Positions 23,927 through 33,606 are shown, counted from the first letter of the stretch. The stretch is 64,000 nucleotides of DNA from Candidatus Micrarchaeota archaeon (GCA_026413765.1 JAOAKI010000001.1:6325-70324); one strand, 5' to 3'. Program-made: numbers and translations. The notes: generated by a model from the sequence alone, not told the origin.

Positions 23927-25684
23927 ATGCCTATGTCGCAAGTTAACAAAGTCAATTGCAAGATAGGGGGTCCTGCTGGCTCAGGCGTTGCAACGATGGG
24001 CGCGCTTTTTGCGAAATGCTTGCAGCAATGCGGTCTTTATGTTGTCGGAACAAACGACTACCCTTCGCTCATCAAAGGCGGGCACAATACCTACAAAATA
24101 AGGGCTGCGCCATTTCCAATCACTGCGATAGTCGGGCAATATGATCTACTTCTGGCTTTAGATAAGCTCACTGTGCAGCTGCACGCATCCGAGCTTTCGG
24201 AAGGCGGGGCAATTATCTACGATTCAAACAAAATCAAGGATGCAGCAGCAATTGCGGCAAGAAGCGACATACATCTTGTTGGCATGCCCCTCACCCAAAT
24301 GGCAGCAGCAGCAGGCGGAGAAATCATGTTCAACAGCGTTGCTTTAGGGGCGGCAATGGGCTTGATGCAGATGGATTTCGACATTATTAGGACGATGATG
24401 CAGAAAATCTGGGCAAGGAAAGGGCAGAAAGTGGTGGACGCAAACATCGCTGCCGCGCTTGCCGGCCATCAGGCATCAAAATCCGCGCTCCAACAGCAGT
24501 TCAAAGTTAAAATCGAATTCATCAAGAGGCCAAAAACAGTATTCATGAATGGAAACGAAGCTTCGGTTGCAGGCGCAATCAAGGCAGGATGCAAATTCGT
24601 GGCGGAATACCCGATGTCTCCTTCCTCTTCTATTTTGCATCTTATGGCAGGACATGAGTGGGATTATGGCATCATTGTCAAGCAGACAGAAGACGAGATT
24701 GCGGCTGCAAACATGATTTGCGGGGCGGCTTTTGCTGGCGTTCGCGCGATGACAGCAACTTCGGGCGGCGGGTTCTCCTTGATGGTTGAGGCATTGGGCT
24801 TGATGGGCATCAGCGAGACTCCTTGCGTGATTTTCGAGTCGCAGCGCTGCGGCCCTTCAACCGGCCTGCCAACCTATACTGAGCAGGCAGATTTGCAATT
24901 CGTTCTTCATGCTTCGCAAGGTGAGTTTCCGCGCGTTGTGATCGCCCCAGGCGATCCTCTCGAATGCTTTGTTGAGGCGATAAACGCCTTCAATATAGCA
25001 GAGATGGTCCAAACACCAGTCATTGTCCTCCTAGACAAATTTTTGTCCGAAACCTCTCTTACTCTTGAGAATCTACAAAGCATCCCTGTGAAAATAATTC
25101 GCGGAAAGCTTCAAAGCGATGAAGAAATGCAAAAAGCAAGCTCGTTCAAAAGGTATCAGTTCACTCCAGACGGCATCTCGCCGCGCTGCATTCCTGGCCA
25201 GCAAAACGGACTGCATGTCTGCTCTTCTTACGAGCATGATGAGACAGGATATACTTCTGAAGCCCCAGACATGCGGGTGGCAATGATTAACAAAAGGGCA
25301 AAAAAGCTTGAGGCGATTCCGCAAGAGCTCATTGCGCCCTCTTTCCATGGCGCAGGTGAAAATGAAGCAGATGTCCTGGCAGTCTGCTGGGGCTCCACAA
25401 AAATGCCAATGCTTGAAGCGCTTAAGCTGCTTGCAGAAGAAGGGAAAAAGGTGAGAGCAATGCATATCCGCTATGCCTCCCCGTTCCCATCCAAAGCAGT
25501 CGCTGGCGCCCTTTCATCTTTCAAGAAATCGATAATTTTTGAAGGCAACTCGGAAGCGCAGATGCGCTCGTTGATTTTCGAAAAGACGGGCCACTTCATC
25601 CAGAAAGCATATCTGCGCTATGATGGCAGGCCATTTAAGCCCGAAGAGATTGCCTCAGCGATAAAAAGGGAGTTTTATGGCTAG
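23927..25684 (+). CDS. korA: 2-oxoacid:ferredoxin oxidoreductase alpha subunit (fused gamma-alpha)
   Basis: The N-terminal gamma-like part is IGGPAGSGVATMGALFAK...GGHN. It is followed by alpha-domain motifs (NGNEASVAGAIKAGCKFVAEYPMSPSS, TATSGGGFSLM). Confidence 0.85.
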   Translation: MPMSQVNKVNCKIGGPAGSGVATMGALFAKCLQQCGLYVVGTNDYPSLIKGGHNTYKIRAAPFPITAIVGQYDLLLALDKLTVQLHASELSEGGAIIYDSNKIKDAAAIAARSDIHLVGMPLTQMAAAAGGEIMFNSVALGAAMGLMQMDFDIIRTMMQKIWARKGQKVVDANIAAALAGHQASKSALQQQFKVKIEFIKRPKTVFMNGNEASVAGAIKAGCKFVAEYPMSPSSSILHLMAGHEWDYGIIVKQTEDEIAAANMICGAAFAGVRAMTATSGGGFSLMVEALGLMGISETPCVIFESQRCGPSTGLPTYTEQADLQFVLHASQGEFPRVVIAPGDPLECFVEAINAFNIAEMVQTPVIVLLDKFLSETSLTLENLQSIPVKIIRGKLQSDEEMQKASSFKRYQFTPDGISPRCIPGQQNGLHVCSSYEHDETGYTSEAPDMRVAMINKRAKKLEAIPQELIAPSFHGAGENEADVLAVCWGSTKMPMLEALKLLAEEGKKVRAMHIRYASPFPSKAVAGALSSFKKSIIFEGNSEAQMRSLIFEKTGHFIQKAYLRYDGRPFKPEEIASAIKREFYG

Positions 25685-26531
25685 CGTCTCAGATTTCAAT
25701 TCCCCTCACAATATCACTTGGTGTCCAGGATGCGGAGATTTTGGCATTCTGGTTGCGCTCAAGGGCGCATTTGCCAAGCTTGGCCTTTCTCCGCATAATG
25801 TGGTCGTAGTGTCCGGCATTGGGTGCGGAGGGAAAATCCCGCACTTCATCCGCACCTATGGATTTGAAGGCATACATGGCAGGGCACTGCCTGCAGCGAC
25901 AGGGATACACCTTGCAAACCACGAGCTGACAGTGGTTGCGATTGGAGGCGACGGGGATGGATGCGGCATCGGGCTTGGCCATTTCATGCATGCAATGAGG
26001 CGCAATCTGGATATAACGTATATTATCCAGGACAATGAGATCTATGGGCTTACAGTTGGGCAAGCTTCCCCAACCACAAAAAAAGGAGTGATCACAAAAA
26101 GCACGCCGCACGGGACGCCTGAAGACCCGATAAATCCTCCACTTGTTGCTCTTGCCGCTGGCGCCACATTTGTCGCAAGAGGATTTTCAGGCGATATCCC
26201 GCACCTTACCGACCTTATTGCGAAAGGAATCGCGCATCGCGGGGTTGCGTTCATTGATGTTTTCCAGCCTTGCGTGACGTGGCGGAAAGATCTTCCCTAT
26301 GAGCTTTATCAAAAGAAAATCTACAAGCTGGAGGAGGTAGGGCACGATCCATCCGATTGGCAAGCCGCAGTCAAGCGCGCCATTGAGACTGAGCGGTGGC
26401 CGATTGGAATTTTTTACCAGGTGCAAAAGCCAATCTACACCGATCAAATCCCGTTCATCAAAGACAAGCCGCTTGTAAAGCACGACATTTCAAACATAGA
26501 CATTTCCAAATACCTTGAAGAATTCATGTAG
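25677..26531 (+). CDS. korB: 2-oxoacid:ferredoxin oxidoreductase beta subunit (TPP-binding)
   Basis: WCPGCGDFG, SGIGCGG and GGDGDGCGIGLGHF motifs are present. The gene overlaps the korA stop. Confidence 0.9.
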   Translation: MASVSDFNSPHNITWCPGCGDFGILVALKGAFAKLGLSPHNVVVVSGIGCGGKIPHFIRTYGFEGIHGRALPAATGIHLANHELTVVAIGGDGDGCGIGLGHFMHAMRRNLDITYIIQDNEIYGLTVGQASPTTKKGVITKSTPHGTPEDPINPPLVALAAGATFVARGFSGDIPHLTDLIAKGIAHRGVAFIDVFQPCVTWRKDLPYELYQKKIYKLEEVGHDPSDWQAAVKRAIETERWPIGIFYQVQKPIYTDQIPFIKDKPLVKHDISNIDISKYLEEFM

Positions 26532-27606
26532 CCTTCATCGCAGAAACTACTCTTTCTTTTGCTATCTCAAGTGCAGCTTCCCTCAAGTCGACTTTTCCTT
26601 TTTCAAGAACAAGCCGCGTGTTTTTTACTATTTTTTCCTTCACAGCAGAAAACATTTCCTGCTCGCTTCCACCAATATATTCTATGTAAGATGAAATCAC
26701 TCCGCCTGCGTTTGCTACAAAATCCGGGATTATGAGTATGCCTTTTTTTGCAAGCTGCAACTCAATTTCATGCTTCATTGGTATGTTTGCAGCTTCAACA
26801 ATTACCTTTGCTTTTACTGACCCTGCATTATTTTCATTTATGACATTTGGCCTTGCGCCTGGGATTAGGACATCGCATTTAAGCTCAAACAGCTGCGAAG
26901 CGGAAAGCACAGTTGCGCCAGGATAGTAAATCACGCTTCCTTTTTGCTTTTTTGTTTCGATCAGCTTGTCATAGTTGAGCCCTGATTCAAAGTAGGCAGT
27001 CCCTTTGGAGTCTGACACTGCGATTATTTTTGCTCCTTTTTGCGACAGGAACTTTGCAGTAAACGTCCCAACATTTCCAAACCCTTCAATTGCAACCGTT
27101 GAGCCTTCTATTGGTATCTTTTTGTGCTCAAGAGCGACTTCGGTGGCAAGCGCAACGCCAAACCCAGTTGAGCCAAGCTCGTGCGGCAGGCCACCCATGC
27201 TTTTCGGCTTGCCAGTGGCAGCCTTTGGTGTCCCAATCGTCTTTGCTATAATTTCCATCTCATGCTCGCCCATGTTCATGTCAGGTCCTGCGATATAGCA
27301 TGAAGGGACAAGTGGGGCGATCTTTGAGGCAAATGCCTCTACAAGCTTGTCTTTGTTTGGCGCATTTCCTGCTGCCTTGATTCCTGATTTTGCCCCTCCA
27401 AAAGGTATTCCTGCAAGCGCATTTTTCCATGTCATTGCTCTTGCAAGCCCAAAAACCTCCTCTACTGTTATGTCCGGCACCATCCGCACTCCGCCTTTGC
27501 CAGGCCCAAGTGCGGTGTTGTCCACCACCACAATTCCTTGCATCTTTGTCTTAGGGTCGTATACTTCTAGTATCATTTCTGGGCCAAAATCATCCTCAAA
27601 TGGCAT
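26524..27606 (-). CDS. Glu/Leu/Phe/Val dehydrogenase family protein
   Basis: GPGKGGVRMVP...MTWKNALAGIPFGGAKSGI is the catalytic-Lys region. IEGFGNVGTFTAKFL is the Rossmann GxGxxG motif. Confidence 0.85.
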   Translation of the reverse strand: MPFEDDFGPEMILEVYDPKTKMQGIVVVDNTALGPGKGGVRMVPDITVEEVFGLARAMTWKNALAGIPFGGAKSGIKAAGNAPNKDKLVEAFASKIAPLVPSCYIAGPDMNMGEHEMEIIAKTIGTPKAATGKPKSMGGLPHELGSTGFGVALATEVALEHKKIPIEGSTVAIEGFGNVGTFTAKFLSQKGAKIIAVSDSKGTAYFESGLNYDKLIETKKQKGSVIYYPGATVLSASQLFELKCDVLIPGARPNVINENNAGSVKAKVIVEAANIPMKHEIELQLAKKGILIIPDFVANAGGVISSYIEYIGGSEQEMFSAVKEKIVKNTRLVLEKGKVDLREAALEIAKERVVSAMKAT

Positions 27607-27621
27607 TTTTTCCCTCCTTTA

Positions 27622-28644
27622 TTACGCTCCTTTGCATCGCTGTGTCTGTGGGTCGCAGAAAGTATTTGGCGGGCAGTCTTCATGCCTGCTGCATGTTACC
27701 TTCACGCAACGATATGCGTTCACCGAATACGGGTCAAGCTCGCATCTTTCGTTGTATGCGCAATGAGCAGAAGAGGTGCAATAACCTATCTTAAGAATGC
27801 ATTTGTGCTCTTTTTCATCGCATCTTTGGTAAAATGTGCATTCGGCATCCGAAGAGCAATAGCCTGGCCTTGAAATGCACCTTCTGCTATTCACATCGCA
27901 AATCTGCCAAGCCTGGCAGTCTGCATTCGAGCCGCACAAGCCACGCTTTGCTTCGCACCTGTGCGTGGTCGGGTTGCAAAGCTGCCAAGAAGTGCACTGG
28001 CTGTCAAGTTCGCAATAGCCAACACCTGCTACGCAGCGGTGCAGCCCAGGGTCGCAAACCTGCCATTCTGCGCAGTCCAAGTCATTGTCGCAAAAGCCTT
28101 CTTTTGGAACGCATTTGTTGGTCGTCTGGTTGCATATCTGCCATTCCTTGCATTCTGCCGAGTTGGAGCATCTGCCAGGCAGCGAGACGCATTTCTTTGC
28201 CTGCATGTCGCAGGTCTGGTAGGCTTCGCAATCGTATGGAGTTTCACAAAGTCCGGGCTTGGGGACACAGATGTGCTTGATTGGGCTGCATATTTGGGTC
28301 TGCTGGTTGCAATATTCGTCCCTGTCGCAGAACCCTGCCTTTGGCCTGCAAGTGTTGTTGCCTGTCACATCGCAAAGCTGCCACGATTCGCAGTCGCTGT
28401 CCGAGCGACATTTGCCTTTTATGTAGGCGCACTTGTGCGTTGTGATGTCGCAAGTCTTCAGCGTGTCATTGCAATCACTGTCCGAATTGCAATAGCCTGG
28501 CTTTAAAACGCAAGTTTTCTTTGCAGTATCGCAATACTGCCATGCCTTACAGTTTTTATCGCTCGAGCATGATGAAGAGCCAGCGCACCCATAAAGCACC
28601 AACAACGCAACCAATGCAAAAAAAGCCAAAATTCTGCCTTTCAA
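27622..28644 (-). CDS. cysteine-rich tandem-repeat lipoprotein (340 aa)
   Basis: A signal peptide with a lipobox-like LLVLYGC is followed by about 12 repeats of 26-27 aa. Each repeat has 4 Cys, for example SDSDCESWQLCDVTGNNTCRPKAGFC. The start appears to be TTG. Confidence 0.75.
   Translation of the reverse strand: MKGRILAFFALVALLVLYGCAGSSSCSSDKNCKAWQYCDTAKKTCVLKPGYCNSDSDCNDTLKTCDITTHKCAYIKGKCRSDSDCESWQLCDVTGNNTCRPKAGFCDRDEYCNQQTQICSPIKHICVPKPGLCETPYDCEAYQTCDMQAKKCVSLPGRCSNSAECKEWQICNQTTNKCVPKEGFCDNDLDCAEWQVCDPGLHRCVAGVGYCELDSQCTSWQLCNPTTHRCEAKRGLCGSNADCQAWQICDVNSRRCISRPGYCSSDAECTFYQRCDEKEHKCILKIGYCTSSAHCAYNERCELDPYSVNAYRCVKVTCSRHEDCPPNTFCDPQTQRCKGA
27625..28566 (-). repeat. about 78-81-nt coding tandem repeats (12 diverged copies)
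   Basis: Cys positions in the translated product recur every 26-27 residues, with spacing C-x5-C-x5-C-x6/7-C-x6. The copies are diverged at the DNA level. Confidence 0.7.
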
Positions 28645-28775
28645 TCCATCACCAGTTGATTTTCAGCTAATAAATTATTAAAAATCATTCAGTAGCCGCA
28701 TATTTTGCGCCTTCGTAAAGCTCTGCATTTGCGGAAGGAAAGTCGTTTAAAACCTTTGACTTAACAAACTAGCCT

Positions 28776-29024
28776 ATGAAGCAGGATGCGATTCCAAAAG
28801 GGGCGCTTAGGCAAAATGCGATAAAGGAGCTTGTATTTTTTTTGAAGAGCGGCTCTTTGCACAATGCTTATGAGATAATGATTTCGTTTGGCATAACAAA
28901 AAAAGAGATAATGGAGGAGAATCGCAGGACTGGCGGCCATCTTGCCAAAGAAGCCCTTGAGGAATTCTATCTCTACTGCAGCAGGCAGGCACAAAAGAAG
29001 TTCGAGAAACATCTGAAAGAATGA
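28776..29024 (+). CDS. hypothetical protein (82 aa)
   Basis: ATG ORF with plausible helical composition in an otherwise empty interval. No family recognised. Confidence 0.35.
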   Translation: MKQDAIPKGALRQNAIKELVFFLKSGSLHNAYEIMISFGITKKEIMEENRRTGGHLAKEALEEFYLYCSRQAQKKFEKHLKE

Positions 29025-29096
29025 TGTTTTCTTCAGCCCACAATGAAGCCTCAAAATAACGAAGGTTTTTAATATTTCAAATCAGAACTTAAAGCT

Positions 29097-29900
29097 ATGT
29101 TGCGCCTCCTTGCAATCTTGCTGGTCCTTTTCAGCCAGCTGAATTCAGTAAGGGTAATTTATCCTGCCAGCGCAGAGATTTCAAACGGAAGCCAAATATC
29201 AGTTGAAAGCGTTGGGCCTGGCCAGACTTTTGCAGTCGTTGTGGACCCGAAAGTTTCGACAGGCGGAAAGCACGGAATTGGTGGAGCATACGATTTGCTG
29301 GTCCCGCTGAAGCTGCCTTCTGGATGGTCGGGCTCCCCATCAAAGCTTTATGCAAATCCGCTGCAGGCAGAAATTACCGTCGCAAAAGATGCGGCAGACG
29401 GGGAATATGATGTGCTTTTTGCACTGTGGGATGAAGCAGGCGAGCAAGGCTTAGGCGACAATCTGACATTTTCCGCAAAAGTCGTCGTTTCCTCCGATGT
29501 TATTGGCATGAAAGTGGAGCCTTCCTTTCTTTCGGTTGGCGCAGGCCAGCCAGCAAGATATACAATCACAGTTTTAAACAAAGGAATCGCAAATGACATT
29601 TTTCTGATAAGCTCGACAGGAGTTTCCAGCTGGGCTTTCCAGAGGTCGGTTTATATTCCCGCAGGCACAGCCAAGTCAATCACATATGAAGTGGTGGGCA
29701 ATGAAGAAGAGCAATACAACGTGCGCTTTTCTGCAAAATCGGCATCAAGCGACAGAATTTCCGCATCTTCTGATGTCGGATTGCAGGTCCAGACTAATTT
29801 GGTTTCTGACTGGAAAGCAGTCAATCGCGGAGTTCTTCTCTTCCCGATAGTCCAAGCGCCAGCATTCTTCTTTGCAGGGCTTCTCTCGCTTTTGTTTTGA
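29097..29900 (+). CDS. secreted, C-terminally membrane-anchored surface protein with beta-rich (CARDB/NEW3-like) repeats
   Basis: The N-terminal signal is MLRLLAILLVLFSQL. Two beta-sandwich-like segments follow (GQTFAVVVDP..., GQPARYTITVLNKG...AGTAKSITYEV). The C-terminal TM is LLFPIVQAPAFFFAGLLSLLF. Confidence 0.55.
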   Translation: MLRLLAILLVLFSQLNSVRVIYPASAEISNGSQISVESVGPGQTFAVVVDPKVSTGGKHGIGGAYDLLVPLKLPSGWSGSPSKLYANPLQAEITVAKDAADGEYDVLFALWDEAGEQGLGDNLTFSAKVVVSSDVIGMKVEPSFLSVGAGQPARYTITVLNKGIANDIFLISSTGVSSWAFQRSVYIPAGTAKSITYEVVGNEEEQYNVRFSAKSASSDRISASSDVGLQVQTNLVSDWKAVNRGVLLFPIVQAPAFFFAGLLSLLF

Positions 29901-30011
29901 GGTGTTTTTTTGGCCTCTGCCTCCAGAGCGCAAGAAGCTGCTAAGATACAAGGCTTGCTGGGCAGACTGCCAAAATATGCGCCGCCAAGCCAACGAAAGC
30001 AAAGCGAAAGC

Positions 30012-31553
30012 ATGAAGAAGGCGGCTGCCGAGGCGGCCTTGCTTTTGCTTGAAGGGAAGGCAGACATTCAATCAGCCAAGCATATTGTTTCAGAGAAATA
30101 CAAAATCCCATTTATCAGGAATTCAGACATTCTTGCGCACATCCCAAAAGAAAGAGTTGATTTGAAAGCAAAGCTGCTCAAATCTCCAACCCGCACACTT
30201 TCAGGCGTCTCGCCCATCGCCATAATGCCTCCGCCTGCGCCTTGCGGAGGAGCTTGCATCTATTGCCCCAAAGGCGAAGGGGCGCCGCAGTCTTACACTG
30301 GCTTTGAGCCCACCACGATGCGAGCAATCCAGAATAGCTACTCGGCAAGAAATCAAATCATTGCCCGAATCAACCAATATCTTGCGCAAGGCCACCCGGT
30401 TGACAAATGCCACCTGATAATCATGGGCGGAACTTTCCTTTATGGATTTTCGCAAAATGAAAGGCATGCGTTCATGAAAGAGGCGTTCGACACCCTCAAT
30501 CAAAAGGCTTCCAAAGACCTCAAGCAAGCAATTGACCAAAATGAATTCGCCCCTTACCGCGCGGTGGGCGTCACTTTTGAGACAAGGCCAGACTACGGCT
30601 TTCAGCCGCATGCAGAAGAAATGCTGCAGATGGGAGGGACGCAAGTTGAGCTTGGGGTCCAGGTTTTGTCTGATCGCATTTATAAGAAAGTAAACAGGGG
30701 ACACAAAGTCAAAGACGTCATCCTTTCAACGCAGATACTCAAAGACAGCGGCTTTAAAGTATGCTACCATATGATGCCTGGATTGCTTTCAACGCCAAAT
30801 CAGGATATCTCTTATTTCAAGCGCCTTTTTTCTTCCCAGGATTTCCAGCCGGACATGCTTAAAATTTACCCTGCGCTTGTAATCGTGGGCACAGGCCTTT
30901 ACAAGCTGTGGAAAGAAGGCAAATATTCTCCTTATGATACGCAAACTGCAGCCGATGTGATAGCAAAAGCCACGCGATTTATTCCACCCTATGTCCGAAT
31001 TATGCGGGTCCAGCGCGACATCCCTTCCCCGCTTGTCCAAGCAGGGGTCAAGCATTCGAACCTGCGCCAAATAGTGGATGAAAAATTGGCGCAAATGGGT
31101 CAAAAATGCCGCTGCATCCGTTGCCGCGAGGTCGGCAGCGCGTTGCGCAAGGGGCAAGCCCCAAAGAAGCTCTCACTCCAGCTTGAAAGGATAGACTATG
31201 CCGCTTCAAATGGCAAAGAGATCTTCCTTTCGTTTGAGGACAAAAAGGAAGATGCGCTTGCCGCTTTCCTGCGGCTTCGCATACCTTACAAGCCTCACCG
31301 CCCAGAATTGCAGGACGCATCAGTTGTGCGCCAGCTGCACGTCTATGGGCATGAAGTGGCAATCGGTGCGCATGAAGAAAGCAAGTTGCAGCACCAAGGG
31401 CTTGGCGCAAGGCTCCTTTTGGAAGCTCAAGAGATAACAAAAAAAGAATTCGGGCTGTCAAAAATATGCGTCATCTCTGGGCCAGGAGCAAGAGGCTATT
31501 ACCGCAAAAGAGGCTATTTTCTTGAAGGCGCATATATGGCAAAAAAGCTCTAA
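30012..31553 (+). CDS. elp3: Elp3-type tRNA uridine(34) modification enzyme (radical SAM plus GNAT)
   Basis: The radical-SAM cluster is CGGACIYCP (C-x3-C-x2-C). GTQVELGVQ is present, and the C-terminal GNAT motif is LQHQGLGARLLLEAQEI. I chose ATG 30012 by comparison with archaeal Elp3 N-termini. The track start at 29910 is TTG. Confidence 0.85.
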   Translation: MKKAAAEAALLLLEGKADIQSAKHIVSEKYKIPFIRNSDILAHIPKERVDLKAKLLKSPTRTLSGVSPIAIMPPPAPCGGACIYCPKGEGAPQSYTGFEPTTMRAIQNSYSARNQIIARINQYLAQGHPVDKCHLIIMGGTFLYGFSQNERHAFMKEAFDTLNQKASKDLKQAIDQNEFAPYRAVGVTFETRPDYGFQPHAEEMLQMGGTQVELGVQVLSDRIYKKVNRGHKVKDVILSTQILKDSGFKVCYHMMPGLLSTPNQDISYFKRLFSSQDFQPDMLKIYPALVIVGTGLYKLWKEGKYSPYDTQTAADVIAKATRFIPPYVRIMRVQRDIPSPLVQAGVKHSNLRQIVDEKLAQMGQKCRCIRCREVGSALRKGQAPKKLSLQLERIDYAASNGKEIFLSFEDKKEDALAAFLRLRIPYKPHRPELQDASVVRQLHVYGHEVAIGAHEESKLQHQGLGARLLLEAQEITKKEFGLSKICVISGPGARGYYRKRGYFLEGAYMAKKL

Positions 31554-31610
31554 GAAGGCTTCCTTCTTGTTTTTTAAATTTCAGTGCAGAACTTCAACCT
31601 TGGTGCCCGA

Positions 31611-32870
31611 ATGTCTGCAATTACAAGGATTTCTGCTTGCCAAGTTCTGGATTCAAGAGGCTATCCTACACTGCAAGTCGAGGTCTTTTCAAAAAAAGGA
31701 TACGGCAAGGCGCTAGCCCCCTCTGGCGCGTCAACTGGCAAGCACGAGGCAGTTGAGCTGCGCGACGGAGGGAAAAAATTCGAAGGCAAAGGAGTGCAAA
31801 AGGCAATCGCAAATGTTTTGGGCCCTATTGCAAAGGCACTCAAAGGACTGGATGTCCAAAAGCAAGAAGAAATTGATCAACTATTGTGCAGCCTGGATGG
31901 CACCCCGAACAAGTCTCGCCTTGGCGCAAATGCAACCACTGCGGTTTCGCTTGCAGTTGCGCAATGTGCAGCTTCCGAGTCAAAAGTCGGACTCTACCGC
32001 GCGCTTGGCAGGCGACCTCTTCTGCCTTGCCCCTTCCTCAATGTCATCAATGGCGGCAAGCATTCAGGCAGCGGCCTTTCAATCCAGGAATTCATGCTGG
32101 TGCCTGCAGGCTTTGCTAAATTCTCGGATGCTATTTTTGCCGCAGCTGAAGTCTATCATTCATTGGGCAGGATAGTCGCCAGAAAATACGGCAAGATTTT
32201 CGTCGGGCTGGGAGACGAAGGCGGTTTTGCGCCGCCGTGCAAATCTGCCCAAGATGCGCTCAGCCTTCTTGAAGAGGCAGTTTCAGAATCTGGCTATTCA
32301 GGCAGGATGAAATTCGCAATCGATGCAGCAGCATCTTCTTTTTACAATCCAGATTCGAAAAGCTACGCAGTGGACGGCAAAGTTTTTTCTTGCCAAGAGC
32401 TTCATGATTTTTATGTCTGGCTTGCCTCTTCCTACCCGATAGTCTCGATTGAAGACCCCTTTGAGGAGGACTCTTTTGAGGACTTTGCCCTGCTGAGAAA
32501 AAAGCTTGTAGGGAAGGCGCAAATTGTCGGAGATGATCTATTTGTCACCAATGCTGCCCGGATCGAGATTGGAATAAAGAAACGCTCTGCCTCTGCTCTT
32601 CTTTTGAAGGTCAATCAGGTTGGCACGCTGACCGAAGCATTGCAGGCGGCAAAGCTTTGCCACGAAAACAAGATGGGCGTAATCGTCTCGCATCGCTCAG
32701 GCGAAACCGAAGACAGTGCAATAGCTGACATTGCGGTTGGGATAGGTTGCGGCCAGATCAAGGCAGGAGCGCCTGCGCGCTCAGAAAGGACCGCCAAGTA
32801 CAATCGCCTGCTCCAAATTGAGCAAGAGTCTGGCTGCAAGTTCGCAGGAGGGTCGCGGCTGGTGCTTTGA
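31611..32870 (+). CDS. eno: enolase
   Basis: ISACQVLDSRGYPTLQVEV, SGASTGKHEAVELRD, IEDPF and SHRSGETEDS motifs. ATG at 31611. Confidence 0.95.
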   Translation: MSAITRISACQVLDSRGYPTLQVEVFSKKGYGKALAPSGASTGKHEAVELRDGGKKFEGKGVQKAIANVLGPIAKALKGLDVQKQEEIDQLLCSLDGTPNKSRLGANATTAVSLAVAQCAASESKVGLYRALGRRPLLPCPFLNVINGGKHSGSGLSIQEFMLVPAGFAKFSDAIFAAAEVYHSLGRIVARKYGKIFVGLGDEGGFAPPCKSAQDALSLLEEAVSESGYSGRMKFAIDAAASSFYNPDSKSYAVDGKVFSCQELHDFYVWLASSYPIVSIEDPFEEDSFEDFALLRKKLVGKAQIVGDDLFVTNAARIEIGIKKRSASALLLKVNQVGTLTEALQAAKLCHENKMGVIVSHRSGETEDSAIADIAVGIGCGQIKAGAPARSERTAKYNRLLQIEQESGCKFAGGSRLVL

Positions 32871-32871
32871 T

Positions 32872-33273
32872 ATGTTCGCTTTTGAGCCAAAGCAAGTCAT
32901 CCGTATCACTTCGCTGCTGTTCAATTTATCGATGGGCATCCTTCTTGTGCTCGGCTCTCTTTCAATGGTCTTCGCAAATTTTCTGCTTGGGCAGGTTTTG
33001 TTTGGCTTGGGTCTTGTGCTATTGATCGGAAACGAATTTCTCTCCTATCGATATTTGAAGCTTTTCCCAAAAAGGCAGCTTCCGCCCACTCAAATGCTTT
33101 CTGGGATGCTCGGCTTTCTTTTTGCATGCTTGCTTCCTGCAGCAACATCTGTCGTGTGGTATTTTGGATTTGAGCAAAACGAGAAAATCCTAATTATTGC
33201 GCTTGCGGGAGTCTGCGTTGCAACTATCAAGATCGTAAGCAGAACGCTGCTTTTGCTTAGGCAGACTAGCTGA
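32872..33273 (+). CDS. small multi-pass membrane protein
   Basis: Its ATG lies 1 nt after the eno stop, and it has four hydrophobic segments. No family recognised. Confidence 0.5.
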   Translation: MFAFEPKQVIRITSLLFNLSMGILLVLGSLSMVFANFLLGQVLFGLGLVLLIGNEFLSYRYLKLFPKRQLPPTQMLSGMLGFLFACLLPAATSVVWYFGFEQNEKILIIALAGVCVATIKIVSRTLLLLRQTS

Positions 33274-33589
33274 TACCATACTTTTTCTTTATCCCTGCTT
33301 CTGGGTGGTTTATCACTTCTTCAAGCTGCTGAACTGCGAAAGAGGCAAGCTTTTTTGCGACTTCTGTCTGCTGGGCAGTCATCCTGTCATAATCTATTCT
33401 TATGTTGCTTCTCCACTCCCATTGGGCTGCAAGTTTGCTTTTGTCATTCTCCCTCTCGATTTCATGCAGGCCAACCAAGACAATCAGATAGGGCTTCCCA
33501 TCCATCCCTTCCAGCAGCTTCTTTTCCGCTTCGTCAAACAGCCTTCGCAGCTTTGTCTCCTCTTCAGCCAATGCTTCGTTTTTAGCCAT
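33266..33589 (-). CDS. hypothetical protein (107 aa)
   Basis: ATG at 33589 (MAKNEALAEEE...). The longer track ORF (to 33901) would read through two tRNA genes, so I trimmed it. Confidence 0.5.
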   Translation of the reverse strand: MAKNEALAEEETKLRRLFDEAEKKLLEGMDGKPYLIVLVGLHEIERENDKSKLAAQWEWRSNIRIDYDRMTAQQTEVAKKLASFAVQQLEEVINHPEAGIKKKYGIS

Positions 33590-33606
33590 CAATTCACCTG
33601 GCAATG

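Noticed and set aside
27834-28506. Plus-strand ORFs (148 and 181 aa) opposite the Cys-rich lipoprotein gene.
   Set aside because: They are mirror-frame artefacts of the repeat-rich gene. The minus-strand product has a signal peptide and a strictly periodic Cys pattern, which the plus-strand translations lack.
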